This document shows, piece after piece, positions 26,019 through 39,474 of a DNA stretch of 64,000 nt. A program made the position numbers and the translations under genes. The notes beneath the pieces are model-generated. The model was not told the origin of the DNA and ran no database searches. It saw nothing but the letters and a program-made list of their open reading frames with translations. Source of the stretch: Trichoplax adhaerens (Eukaryota > Animalia > Placozoa). The stretch is taken from positions 8,394,159 through 8,458,158 of the forward strand of contig NW_002060944.1 in the NCBI RefSeq assembly GCF_000150275.1, given 5' to 3'. Each line of letters opens with the position of its first letter. The stretch's first letter is position 1.

Positions 26019-26703
26019 ATGATCGATCCGTGTAACCTTCAACTAAGACGCTTGGTTTATCAAGACAGTGATGGGAAAAGAAGCACTTATATCGGCCAAG
26101 TCGATATTGCAAAAGGTGAAAAAAATGGTATCGGTAAACAAGAAATGGCTAATCGTTATATTTATATTGGTCATTGGCTAAATGGTTTATTTCATGGCCA
26201 TGGTAAATTATATTCTCCAGAATTAGAAATTTGTTATACTGGAGAGTTTGAACAAGGTCGAATGCACGGCTATGGCGTTTTAGTACGCTATTCTAAGCCT
26301 AATGATGCTCTACAGAAAGAGTCTAAAAGAGTTATTGACAAATTTGCTGGTAAATTTACACAGGGTAAGCCAGGTAGAACTGGTCGAAGAACTATTTATC
26401 ATAGTAAATATAATATTGAAAGCCATGAAGGAACTTTTGTGAACAATCAACTTCTCTATCAGTGTAAGCCGGAACGTGTAGAATTAGCTATTGAACGAGC
26501 TGAAGAAAATCAGCGTATTGCTGAAGCCGTGCTATCGTATTACGTAAGAAATAAATTGATTTCACTCTAATTCATGTATCAATGAGGCATGCATGTTACT
26601 GAGTTAATCATTGCCCTGAATAATGCTATCTAATATAATTCTGCTTATGTAGGCATCCTTAGATCTCGGAAGGTTACCAACAACCTACAAGCGTTGTGAA
26701 TAA
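26019..26703 (+). CDS. Small MORN-repeat protein
   Basis: Repeats YIGQVD..KNGIG, YIGHWLNGLFHGHG, YTGEFEQGRMHGYG and FAGKFTQGKPG. Likely exons 26019-26543 (GTAAGA donor) and 26653-26703 (ASLDLGRLPTTYKRCE*). The 5' end is uncertain. Confidence 0.75.
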
Positions 26704-28878
26704 TGGCTTATTTGTACTCTTGGTCTTTTAACTCGTTATTGTTGCTAGAAAAATATTCATTTAGGTCAGCGATAATTACCGTAATTAGTTAAATATTATA
26801 GGAAACTAAAGAGTTATTCTCTAGATTTAGCGTTTATAAAATGCAGGTAAAAAAATGTAACTCTAATAGCCATTTAACAGGATACTATCAATATTTTTTC
26901 TCATTAATGGGAATTTGTACCTGAGATCAGGTAGGAATAGAAGCGATAAAGTGTAAGGTTGAAACGATTCATTTTATGAATAGAATTGTGGGAAATTGTG
27001 GACATTTTCTGTCGTTTACTTTGACTTCCGATACATTGATAAAGCATTACAAAATGATGAGTAAACTCTATACATAATATCTTTTGGATATTTAAACTAT
27101 TGGATTTTACGATAAAAAATTTGTTAATTAACTCATACCATCGTTATACGTAACATTAGCGATTTATTTAGAACATTTCTATCGATCTGTCTTATCTATG
27201 TATATTTTAGCTATAAATCATGAGTGCATCCCTTTCGAAATAAATTACAATTACCCGGATTTGTAGTACTATGAAATAATACTAAAATGCTAGTAGGGGA
27301 AGGGGAATATTTCTTGTCTACTAGTTCATTCTAGTTGATTTAAATGCTTAATCCTGTTATTGAATAGATTTATCCATTTAATACGGTAAAATAGCACTAC
27401 TGGAAATCTGATCTATTGCTCTAGTTTGATTTTAGATACATTAATAAAAGTATTAAAAAATGATGGATATACTCAGGGATTAATATTATTTGGATAATTG
27501 AACTGTCGGGTTTGATATTAAAGAATGCATCCATTACCCAAAGCCATAGTTATAGCATTATAGGTAAAAGAAATTGGCCATTTGCTGAGACATTACGGTA
27601 GTAATTGATTTATGATGCTATCTAGTTTCGAAGTCGATGGTGAGTATTTTTATGGGAGCTCCCCCGGTCATATCACTAAATAATCATCGTATCTTGTTAA
27701 AATAAATGATAACCATACCAAAATGGAATACTGTATTATGATCCATTTTAAGTCTGTTTTCGTGATTTGTATCCATGAGCTAAATTCTAATTTATTGAAA
27801 TGCTTGACGTTGTTGTTGAATGATGATAACAGCAATACTGATTTAAAGATAAGTTAGTTTTTGTTGCTTTTCTGTGATTATGGTTGATGATCAAGAAAAA
27901 GAACAAAATTAATTGTTACAATTGGAATGACATTCATTGAATATTAGACAGCAATTACAAGCTTATTATTGTTGGGATAGTTGATAAACTTAACAAGGCT
28001 GTCGTATTAACAGTGACAACCATAATACCCGTTTAAGATTGGGTTTTGGCATGTCCATATAATTAGCACGATACTAGAAATAGAAGATATTGGAATAGAG
28101 ACATAATGGAAAAATTAATATGTCAGTTATGGACTACTTCGGTAGAGCTTACAATTAAATGTTATGGCATAAATTTCCTAATAAGCGTTGACTAATCGAA
28201 ATTGAAACTTACAGACAGATTGGTTCACAAACCGTTGCGGCGGAAAAGAGTAAATAGTGAATGATTTAGAAATATTTTAGTAGAATCACTACCCGATATT
28301 CAAGAATTACAATCTGTCACAGAGAGTATTTTCTTTTAATCTATTGCTACACGCTATTCAATAATAGATTAGATTAGAATGAGCTAGACATGAAACAAAC
28401 CGCTTAAAATAAATATTTTATCTAGAATACGATGGTAGTTATTATAACTTTTTCCATAAAATAAGATTAGAGAAGGCATTGTTATGAATCCACTATCGTA
28501 ACCATTATAGCTTAGAATTGTAGATTTGAAATGGTGTTTATAGAGTTGATACATTATAGTCTATTGTCGATGTGAATGATTTTCATGATCAAGTTATGAA
28601 GTGGTATAAAATTGTCTTACCTTGTTCTCCAGCATTCTAGATTACTGTATGATAGACGAGTTTACAATTGCTGACATCAACTGGTAAGAATAGAGTAATA
28701 CCATCAGTCATTCTAATTTAATACTGTATAACATGCTCTAAATTATGCATCTGGTTGGTTGTAGAAATGATACTGACACCAAGTTTGAAAGCTAGCCTTA
28801 ATAAACATATGAGAGACGGTATTTTTCAATTAGGATCCATTGAACTACAGCCACCATCTCAATCGGTAACATTTACTT

Positions 28879-29499
28879 TTAGAAAAAGTTATCGTCTATA
28901 TCGGTGTTATCCTTCATATTTCGGAAACGATGAGATAAATAGACACCAATAAAGAGGGTAAAGCTAAAAGCTAAGCCAACACCACCAGCAATTTTTAATG
29001 CACGTGAAATGGAATTTTGTAAATAGTAATAACAAGGTAATCGTCGAGAGCACTGTGGATGAGTTTCATAGAATACGGTTAAGTTTTGGGCATCGAAACC
29101 GCAGCAATGGAACATTTTCTCAATTTGAGATTTGGTCGTTTTACTACTTCCATCCCAACCGGTGCGCAAGATTGTCCGTTGTTGGGTATTATCTAAAGCT
29201 AAGGCAGCAATAGATGTTGAAAATTGGATCATAAACATCAAGCAAACCAGTATCATATAAAAAAAGAGGCAAACTTGATTGTGTTTAGCAGCTCCAACGA
29301 AACCCATGATGGCTAGAAGGAGTAAAATAATCCCCACGGCTGTCACTGCACCTAGTATTGGTAAACTGGTTAATTTTTGTGCAGCACCAGCAAAGATTGC
29401 AGCCCCAATCATGGTCATTGCTACCAACACGTAGATAATGTTAATTATAATTAATGAAACTTTAACAAATGTATAGCTACATTCTTGTGAATTAGCCAT
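28879..29499 (-). CDS. Tetraspanin, TSPAN13/TSPAN31-like, intronless CDS (copy 1)
   Basis: ATG at 29499 (MANSQEC). Four TM segments, GAAKHNQVCLFFYMI, CCG motif and GGVGLAFSF. Confidence 0.9.
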   Translation of the reverse strand: MANSQECSYTFVKVSLIIINIIYVLVAMTMIGAAIFAGAAQKLTSLPILGAVTAVGIILLLLAIMGFVGAAKHNQVCLFFYMILVCLMFMIQFSTSIAALALDNTQQRTILRTGWDGSSKTTKSQIEKMFHCCGFDAQNLTVFYETHPQCSRRLPCYYYLQNSISRALKIAGGVGLAFSFTLFIGVYLSHRFRNMKDNTDIDDNFF

Positions 29500-30734
29500 G
29501 ATATGATTCAATTGATTCGGAGAATAACTCAATCAGATAGAAAAACTTGCAGAAAGGAATCAATAATCGTTACGACTATCCCCTAAATCGTCTCGAGAGC
29601 AGCGATGAAGAGAAAAAATGGATGCAAAAGATTTCTTGCCACAGTAGATTTAGCCAATTCACTTCAAGCCAGAAGTAGAGATCACTATCGATGAAAGGAT
29701 TAAAGTTGGTGAAGAGTAGTTGGCTTCTTGTCTATTTCAATTCAACTAGAATAGGGGAAGTAATGGTGGAAACCGAATCATTTACTGTATTCGAGTTGAA
29801 TAAGAAACAGATGATCACCACGAGGGGTATTGATGACGACAGACTTGCAACTTTGCTTAAAATCTGTGTTCGAGCCAATCGCTGCCTAAATAGAATATCA
29901 ATCAAGTTAATTGGGCTACAGCTATGCGTAGTTGGCCTAACTTTGTATCAATAATGCCATACCTTGCCGCCTTCTCACTCTCTCTATTTCTCACTATATA
30001 TGGGCTACCGAGCTGGTGTGTCGGTATTTCAGGAAAGAAACTATTGGTATTTAATGAGAGGAAAAAATTCAACTGGATAGCAATGATACCGTTAAAAATG
30101 AGTCCGATTCAATACAGTTCATTACAGCTTTAAAGTAGAAAGTAGAACGGTTAAAAGTCGCCAGCTGTTGCCTAAACCATATGTTACTTTGTCAAATCTA
30201 ATAAGGTATGCTAATCATGTCCGTGGCCTCAATGATGATGATGACAACGGACTGTCTAATAATAAGTTAAATATCAATCGAAACCCTCAATTTCGATCAT
30301 TCACCCGTAAAATGAGAGCTCATTTTCAATATTGTATACCGCTTGTTTATCGCTTGATAACAAGTTACCACAAACGATATCGAACTAGTCGTTTCCGAAT
30401 TAACTCTATTGGATTGATTGCTTGCTTGCGTTATGGATTCTATTTCAGAAGCCTCTCCTATTTATCAACTCGATAGGATAGTTGCCACGTAGCCATGACT
30501 TAATTAGTTCTATCTATTTCCTAACGGATGATGAATCATCTGTCTCTCGTGACTATTCAAAACAGTTATAAATTTTTAACCAAATTTTGTGCGACTACTA
30601 CACTTTTAGCTTTATTGCTTATATACATCATAACAGCTTCTATTCTCGGTAAAATCTCTATTTCAATAATTTGTGAATTGTTGATACTTGTATCAAAGAA
30701 ACTTTAGTAAATTAAAATTTATAACCAAGAAGCA

Positions 30735-32520
30735 ATGGTATGCGACCATGTTATCAAATGACGAATGATAGCGAAATTTTTACTATGGATTGCTTTATTT
30801 CTTCCAGGCTCTGTAATGTTCATTTATAGTAGGTAGCTTCAATAAATTGTATAAATATAGAACATCAAGTTCTTTTAATCAAGTATGCATGTGACTATGT
30901 TATCAAATGACGAATGGTAGCGTTAATTAGAAATTTTTATTATTGACTTTATCCTTCCTTCCAAGCTCTGTAGTGTTCATTTTGTGTTAGGAAGTTTCGA
31001 TAAATTTGCTCGATGTATGCATGCAACTATGCTATGAAAGATAAATGGTAGCGCTTGTTAGAAATTTTTACTACTGACTCTTTCCTTTCTTCCAGGCTAT
31101 GCAATTTTCATATAATAGTAAAAAATTTCGATAGATTTTATATAAATATGCATGCAACTATGCTATCAAATGATGATTAATAGCGTTCATTTAAAAATTT
31201 TACTATTGATATTTTCCTTCCTTCCAGGCTCTGTAGTTCTCATTCATACTAGGAAGCTCCGATGAGTGCTATACGTATAGGACACCAAATTCTTGCAAGC
31301 AAGCAAGAGTGCGATTATGCTATCAAATGACGAATGATGGCGTTGATTAAAATTTTGAATCGTTGACTTTTTTCTCCCTTCTAAGCTCTGTAGTGTTCAT
31401 TTTATAGTAGCAAACTTCGACATATTTCATAGATATAGAGGACATCAAATAAGCATGCATGCAACTATGCTATCAAATAACAAATGATATCATTAGTTAG
31501 AAATTCTAACTATTGACTCTTTCGTTCCTTCTACGGAGGTCTGCTCAGTAGTATTCGCTTTATAGTGGGATACTTCGATAATTAAATTTTATAAATATGC
31601 AGTAGGACATCAAATTCTTATAAGCAAGCTTGCATATAACCATGCTATTAAGACAACTTTAATCGGAAATTGTTACTGTGGACTGCTTCCTTCCTCCCAA
31701 TATGGTAGAATTCATTTATAGTAGGAAGCTTTAATAAATTTTATAAATATAGGACGTCGTACTGTAGTGTAGTGTCCTTATAAGCAAGCTTGTATGCGAC
31801 CATGCTATGATATCCTTCATTGGAAATTTTACTGTTGACTACCGTACTTCCTTCATTTCAGGCTGTGTAGTATTTATTTATATATGATTGAAAGCTTTGA
31901 TAGATACTAGTGCAAACTCCCGTCGCTTTACTGACGGTTTACGATAATGTGCTCATTTAACATAAATTACTTTCTTTCTTCTAGACTATAGGATGTTTAT
32001 AATAAGAAGCCTCGACAAATATTTTAAATAAGCCAAGGTACTCCTTCAAAATGAAAAGCAAACTTGCATGCAATTACACCATCGAATGATAGTGGATGGA
32101 CGATAACATTATTTAATTGGCAATTTTCTTGCAGCTGGTTGCTCACTTTCTTCAAGGCTCTCCAGTAACCGTATAGGAAGTTTCCAAAAATATTTTACAC
32201 CCGCTCAAAATAAATAGCAAACTCGCATGCAGCTATTCTATCACTTGATAGCAGGTGAATAATAACTTTACTTCGTATCAATAAAAAATTTTGAATACTA
32301 ACTGCATTCTTACTTCCATGCTCTTTGGTATATAATTAATTAGAATAAAAAGCCTCGATAAGTATGATGAATATACCTATGATATAATACTCATATAGTA
32401 CTATGACATCCTTGTAAAAAGCAAGCTAACATGCGGTCATCCTATCTACTGATTGATAGTGTTAATTGGAAATTTTTACTGTAGACTACTTTTGTCCTTT
32501 CAGGCTCTTTAGTAATATAC
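30735..32520. repeat. Degenerate tandem array, ~130-175-bp unit, about 12 copies
   Basis: ATGCTATCAAATGA-like anchors at ~30748, 30897, 31029, 31160, 31317, 31467, 31642 and 31802, decaying rightwards. Shared GAAATTTTTACT and CTTCCAGGCTCTGTAG blocks. Confidence 0.85.
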
Positions 32521-33848
32521 GGGTAGTCATTGAAAAAAATGCTTTCAATCGCTGGTTGCTATGCTACTAGGTTTACTATTGCATTGCAAAAGAAAGTCAG
32601 ATCTTAATTGTCGCAATTGATTTTAGATATAGACTTTAAAAGTTAGCGATTGGAAATAAATTGCTATCGAGATTAAGTATTCTCGGTAATATTCATGAAA
32701 TTGAGATTATGGCCCAAATAGCAAACAGTCAAAGTACCTATTTTCGTTTATTTATTTCAAGATATTTACTAAATTAAATTGATTGTTTCAAATTTATACA
32801 AGTTCATAAAACAATAAGCAACATTAATGACGCTTGTATTCTATTTTGTTACCCTCAATCGAAATACTTCCACAGTTCTCTCGGAATAGTCGATAAATTC
32901 ATCAAAGTCTCATCATTTATTCTTGACTGTAGTATTTATCGAATTGAAATATCTTGTAAAAATTTTATTATGTCAATGAATTCCATCAGCTTTACTATCG
33001 CAGACACAATTTGGACAACTGAATTCATAGTTAGAGAGTTCTTTAATTGAATAAAACGATTCTAATTTCCACAGTACCTGATTTTTAAAGCTAGTGACGT
33101 CTGCATATAGGCAGAAATAGATCACGTTTTACTTCTACTAGTGATGATAGACTTCATTACCTATCCAGTAGGGTTAGCCTTAATTGGAGTAGTGATAACT
33201 TACAATAGGTTTTTGTATCATGTATTTAAATTTATAGAATCTTTAGTAATTTACTTAGCAACTTTCATCGTAACCGTAATACGAGTACATAGGTGTGCCT
33301 TGATAAACATCGATTACCTTTAAATCGTCTAAAATAAGCGCAACCAATTCGAACAAGAGCCAAAAATTGTATCTTAAATTAGCTAATAATTATTATAATT
33401 GTTACGCTACTCAATGTTTAAGCATAGTTATTACTTTCGATAAAATGTAAGATCTTAATGCATTCTGCACGTTAATACATCTACATGCTACAATATCCTA
33501 GCAAGATAATGAGTTTGAATTCATATAAGCTGTTGTAATTCGCTTCTTATATTATATCTATGCAATACTTGATTTGTTTCTATTTAAAATTAATATTATG
33601 CATATTATCATATTGTTAAAAATAAAAGCTTAAGATGGCTGAATTGCCATGAATGTAGCTAAGATTATTCCTGATTCTTTATTGATCCTAAATACAGGTA
33701 TTAGTAAACAAATACGGACTATTTCGCCTTTGATTCCATAAAGAATTTAAATACTAGAGTTCACTACAGGCCTCCATAAAGTAACAATCTGTAGCACTTA
33801 TGATAAATGAGAGTAAATTGTGCTATTGAGCTATCAAAACTAATGAAT

Positions 33849-34526
33849 TTAGTAAAGATGATTAGTTGGAACATGAATTGGATCTTGTAAACGGCGCAAT
33901 CGATGGGCAAAGAAAATACCAAGGAAATCGAAAAAACTAAAAAATAAACCTACTCCACCACCACCTTTTAACGCTGCAGTAATAATATCTTTCATAATTG
34001 GATAACAATATGAACATGATTGCTTTATTCTATAGCATTTCAACACATGACAGCTTGGAGTTGATGCACTAGCATTTCCAGTGGATGAATCAAAGCCACA
34101 ACAATCAAATCGTTCTTGGATGCCATGCCGAGTTGTCCATGGCAGTTTATCCCATGCTTTAGACATAACCAGATGTTCTTGCTGTCGGTTAATGGATAAA
34201 GCAGCAATAGAAACAGCGAACTGCATCGTGAAAACCCCAACCATAATCAAGGTATAAAACAATAAACCAATGCTACTATGACATATCGCCACTGCGGCAC
34301 CAAAAATGGAGACTAAAATAAGGAAAATGCCAATAGTGATGATTGCACCGACAACGGGTAAACTTGTCACTACTTTGGTTATGCTAGCACCAGCTGCCGT
34401 GGAGATTAGAATAATACCAATTATTAAATAGCAAGCATTCAAGGCAATTAGCGTTCTACGGCAGCAATAAAAATTGCAGCTCGCTTGACTTTGCTCTAAA
34501 TGTTGCAGGGCTGACTTGTAGGCCAT
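33849..34526 (-). CDS. Tetraspanin, TSPAN13/TSPAN31-like, intronless CDS (copy 2)
   Basis: ATG at 34526 (MAYKSAL). Motifs CCRRTLIALN, QFAVSIAALSIN, FDCCGF and GGGGVGLFFSF. Confidence 0.9.
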   Translation of the reverse strand: MAYKSALQHLEQSQASCNFYCCRRTLIALNACYLIIGIILISTAAGASITKVVTSLPVVGAIITIGIFLILVSIFGAAVAICHSSIGLLFYTLIMVGVFTMQFAVSIAALSINRQQEHLVMSKAWDKLPWTTRHGIQERFDCCGFDSSTGNASASTPSCHVLKCYRIKQSCSYCYPIMKDIITAALKGGGGVGLFFSFFDFLGIFFAHRLRRLQDPIHVPTNHLY

Positions 34527-37500
34527 TTTTTTCTTTCTTGAGGAAATTGTTGGTAGGTTCTTGAATATCAAACTTTTGTAAGGATTAAGGCACAATATTA
34601 GGCTCTTTGACAATTACTGTGTGTTGTATTTCTGACGAGCGCGATTTTTCTTCCTTTAATGTCGAGGCTTACTCTAGCGTGAGTAAAGTCGTGTAGAGCT
34701 CTTGATAGAAATGGTTGTCGGCCTAGTATATTATTAATAAATGAATCGCATAAGATTGGTATTTATTCCAGTGGTTAGAACTCAGAGTTTTTACTTGCTG
34801 TAGGTCGCAATAAGAATAAAAGTGTACCGGCAATTCGTTATCGCTGCTAGCTTTGTAGAGAAAGCATTCATCTAATATTCAATTCTAGGTTATTTTAGCA
34901 GTGCAAAACATCGATGATAGTCGCTTCGAGGTATCTACACTACTGCTATTCCACCATGGTAGCGTGAACAAGTTGAAATTACTTGAAGAATGTATTAGAG
35001 TATAGTACTTAACAGGAGCAGTAGATGAAGATAGTCTGTCTATGTCAATCTAGGCTTACTAGTAGTAGCATATATTCTCCTAAAATTCGCATATGTAAAC
35101 ATATGGAAGCGTTATGAATTAACTCGAGTTGATATTGTCAGTGTAACTTAGTATAAATTAATTTTATCAACCAGTTGCAACATCGACAGATTTTTGTTTC
35201 ATACGAACTCCATATGGCTATTGTATATGGTATAGGAAACATCAGTTGCATTCAATGAATTCCGGATTTTATGGAAGAAAGAATTTATTAATTACTCAAG
35301 ACGGATATTACTTATTTACGAGTTTTAATAGAAATTCTATCAGTTCTTTTTTCACATTCAATGCGTTTCTGTCAAATATGTAGACGTATAGAAGTTATTT
35401 TAAAAAATTTCAAATCATTTAGTGTTAGACTGGAACTCGTTTGTTGTATTCTTCAAGTATGGTTGATAATATATTTGGCAAGGACTAATAGCATTAGTGG
35501 CACTTTGATGTGTCATGCTTAAAAGAATGTGCGATGTTAACAGTCGTTTAAAATTGTAGCAATACGTTAGATTTGGTCATACAAGTAATTCCAATCGAGT
35601 ATATTCAGAGCTGTTTGTGATACTAACCTATTCTATGAAGCTATTTAGAATTAACCGTTTATTTTTACGAGTTTACTCTAAGCTACTTACAGAATTTGAA
35701 ATCGACTACGACATACTGTAGCAATAGTATTGATCGTTTTACATGTCTTGAACTTACAGTATACTCGTAAATATGTGTCGATTCTTGGCTAGTTATGTAA
35801 TTAATCTTGCGTGAAAGCATAATAAGAAATCGCTGAGTACGTGTAAATTCTCAGACTAGTTAGTTACGGTAGTGAATCTTGCATGGGGATAATAAGAAAT
35901 CGCTAACTAGCCGCAACATCTTTTATAACTAAATCTTATAATTATTTGTTGAAATTTAAGTCTACTACCGCATGCTGTTGTAATAACATGGGTCGTTTTA
36001 CGTCTCCTGTACTTGCTATAATCGTACGCGTCCAATTCTCGTTTAATTATGCAGTTAATCTTACATAGAGGATTAACAAGATTCCGCTGACTAGGCACAA
36101 CATTTTCTACAGTACAAGTGAATCCTATTATCATTTATTGAAATCAAAATCTACTACCACAAGCTGTGGCAAGAATACTGTATTGGCTGTTGTAATAAAA
36201 ATGTCTCACAATAACTGTCTTAGTCAATAGTATTTTCTAAAAGGCTTTTATTACAAAGTTTTAGGAATAGTAGAGCAATAATTGATTACTGCAAGAATCT
36301 AGTCTAAAATCTAAAGTATTCCAAGCTCAAAGCGAAGTGAAGTCTCTTCTCTCTTGTGAGGTCATCTCTACAGGTCTTAAATACATTTCGCTAAATCCAT
36401 TTATGACAACTTGATTAATCTGCAATCAGACATGAGCCATCAAACAAAATACTTTTTCTCAAATAGAACATCATTATCTTCTACAATCTAAATCATTCTA
36501 CTTAAGATATCACTACTCTTTTATTAATGTCCAGCACCTTTCGGTGTTGGGCATCTTCACAATTACAGTGTTTCTAGTCATATAAATCTTGTACCATAAT
36601 TAGTCAACTGGCTAATATTAGCCATCAACGATTTCCCTTTCTAATATGGTAGTTATCAATCATCTAATATTAGCTGCATGATAATATCTTTTCTTAGTAA
36701 CCTAACGATATCAAACATAGCTATCCTTATAATCAAATATGGGGTGCATCACTACAGTCGTTTTACACGTATTAAATTTGGTGTAAATTCTCAACTGGTT
36801 ATGCAGTTAATCGTCATAAAGGGGTAGTAAAAAATTGCTGACTAGGCGCAACATCTATTATAACTAATCCTGTTAGACTGGTATACGTACTACTGGGGAT
36901 TACGTAAGAAAAAAATACCTCAGAAGAAAGTTTACCTTCCAAGGCGTTCCTTCTTGAGTAATCCCCGACTACCGTAGTACCATGAGTTTGGTTTAGTGGC
37001 TCATTGGATCGACTTTCACATTTAGTCTGTACTATTGTAGTTGAACATCTTTTAATTACAAAATCTGTAAGAATATGTCAACTTCAGCCATCAACTGCAA
37101 TGATGTACCCTTGACTCATCTACTGTATATTGATGTAGATTTTGTAAATGATCGTTATCATTTTATAATGTGAAATAGTGATTGCTTGATCGGTATTATA
37201 TTGTAATAAAGGTGCACTTTGATGGCTCTACAAATCCTAGCTAATTCCTAATTAAAACAAACAATCGCTATACATGAGATTGAAATGGTATCATTTTATT
37301 GCTTCATGGTTATAATCTGGTGATAATTACACATAGAGTAATTATTTATAAATATATGATTATTCGTATACTATATATCTGACGCATTGTGAAAAATTCT
37401 TATTTACAGTCGTTCCATTTAAGTTGCATTTGTTTACAGTTTATAATATATTAATACGGAATGAATTATTTGGACAAGATTGAAATGTCTATACAACGCC

Positions 37501-38014
37501 AGTAGTTCAGCGATGATAATACTTGAGTGAAAGTACAGTAATTGACATTAGCATCAGCAATGGATGCCGAATCAACCGAAAATATATTAATATTTGTTGA
37601 GATTATTATTATTCGCACGTAATAAGTAATATCCACCCAAAATGACCATTCAATAGTATTGATTAGGCATTCTATCGTAAAAGATATCAATCTTGAAGAG
37701 TCAAAGCAATTTGCAAAGGATATTTTATGCTTGGTATGATCAATATAGCCGAGTTTGATAATCGCCAGAATTGGATGATAAAAAATTGAGCTAGTTGGTG
37801 ATTACGAGTTTGTCCATCATGGAGATGATACGATATAATTTCGTTTATATACAGAAGTTCATAAGATCAGCTTGATTGTTGCTAGCTGCTTTTGTTCTAT
37901 ACAACGGTACTAACTGACTAGTTCGAAATGTATCATAAACAGAGAGATGATGTATGATTCTACATACACGAATGATCGTTTACAAAATCATCAATGCTAA
38001 CCACGCTTTTGCGA

Positions 38015-39058
38015 TTACGGTAGTGCATTTCTCAGTAGTTGTTTGCTATGGTCTGATAAATGCTTGGGAAAATCGATATCAAATTTAAGCACCAAATCGC
38101 CACGATAATTAGGATTTTTAGGTAGAGGCATGCCTTCTCCGCGAATGGTGTACGTATAGCCAGGTCGAATGACTTCGTTAATTGTAATTTCTTTCACGCC
38201 ACCTGCGATGATGGGTGCAAAGACCTTTGTTCCAAGCAAGGCTTCCTTTAAGTTGACTTTGACGGTATACTGTAAATCGTTATTGTCGCGTTTCCAAGTT
38301 TGGTGAGGCTTCTCTTTAATGACAAAGATGATATCAGCAGGCTTCCTGTTAGGAAAGGAATCGCCTTCATTAGGAAAGGTGATCTTGGTGCCTTCTTTCC
38401 AGCCTCGTTTAACGTTGATTTCTAAGACTTTTTCTTGCCTTGTCTCTTGACCCATGGAATTGACGACTTTTCGATTGATTTTCATTCGTTTGGTGCATCC
38501 AGAATAGAGCTCTTCCAGCGACAGATAAAGTTCTTTCAGCAAAGGTGGGTCTTGCTTTAACCCTGCTTGATGATCACGATCCAAGCCATTAGTGAAAGAC
38601 ATAAAAGGACTTTCGTCATGGTTGGCATTGAAGCCGCCATCAAAGTTATCAAACATACTGAAATGGCCATTGCGTGAAGTGCCACCAGTCGATCCAAATA
38701 ACTCAGCGAAAGGAGTTCCTGTCCCAAAGACTTGGCTAAAAGTTTGGAATGGATCTCCATGGAATGTATAAGCCTTAAATCCATGCGGCATCGAGTAGGT
38801 GCCGTGGCTATCATTGCTGGATGCATCAGCAAAGTGACCTTTGAGTCCTTGTTCACCATAACGGTCATAAATTCCGCGCTTTTCTTTATCGCTTAATACT
38901 TCGTAAGCTTCAGCCACATCCTTAAATATTTCTTCGGCATTTTTGTCTTTATTTTTATCAGGATGGTATTTTAAAGCCATTTTGCGATAAGCCTTTTTAA
39001 TTTCATCGTCGGTGGCGTTGTGTTGAACGCCTAAAATTTGATAGTAGTCCTTGCCCAT
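38015..39058 (-). CDS. Class B DnaJ/Hsp40 (DNAJB1/4/5-like), intronless, 347 aa
   Basis: MGKDYY start at 39058, J domain with HPD, G/F region, and C-terminal domain with [10 protein letters not shown] and GEGMP. Confidence 0.95.
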   Translation of the reverse strand: MGKDYYQILGVQHNATDDEIKKAYRKMALKYHPDKNKDKNAEEIFKDVAEAYEVLSDKEKRGIYDRYGEQGLKGHFADASSNDSHGTYSMPHGFKAYTFHGDPFQTFSQVFGTGTPFAELFGSTGGTSRNGHFSMFDNFDGGFNANHDESPFMSFTNGLDRDHQAGLKQDPPLLKELYLSLEELYSGCTKRMKINRKVVNSMGQETRQEKVLEINVKRGWKEGTKITFPNEGDSFPNRKPADIIFVIKEKPHQTWKRDNNDLQYTVKVNLKEALLGTKVFAPIIAGGVKEITINEVIRPGYTYTIRGEGMPLPKNPNYRGDLVLKFDIDFPKHLSDHSKQLLRNALP

Positions 39059-39241
39059 CTTGGCGTCAGGATAATCCACTAGATGCAATAATTCAATCAA
39101 TCAAGACTTGACGTAGAATAGAGAGTAGAAGAGTTTTGAGCTTCAATGAATATTGGCAATAACAACAATTTATGTCGTCGTTGGATTTTGTCAGCAACAA
39201 TGTTGACCAAGAGATTCAATCCCACAATAAATCACCTTGGC

Positions 39242-39321
39242 TTTTATATCCAATCACCACGATCAGTACAATAGGTATTCTAGACGCGTCGTTAACGTGC
39301 TCCAATGTTCTGGAAGCATCC
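39242..39321 (-). promoter_or_regulatory. Hsp40 promoter: TATA box plus heat-shock element
   Basis: TATAAAA on the minus strand at 39248-39242. Alternating pentamers cCAAt gTTCt gGAAg cATCc at 39302-39321 (two perfect, two with one mismatch). Second half-site TTCtaGAC at 39278-39285. Confidence 0.7.
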
Positions 39322-39474
39322 ATGGACATTCAACGTTAACCTGCAACCTACTAAGGTGCGATTGAATGTCAAGAATGCAAGTGCCACGGGCTTACAGTAC
39401 AGTTTACTGTAATAGTACAGTACAGTACACTATCTTTGTTCGTCCACTACAGTGGATAGTACTGTACACTACCT

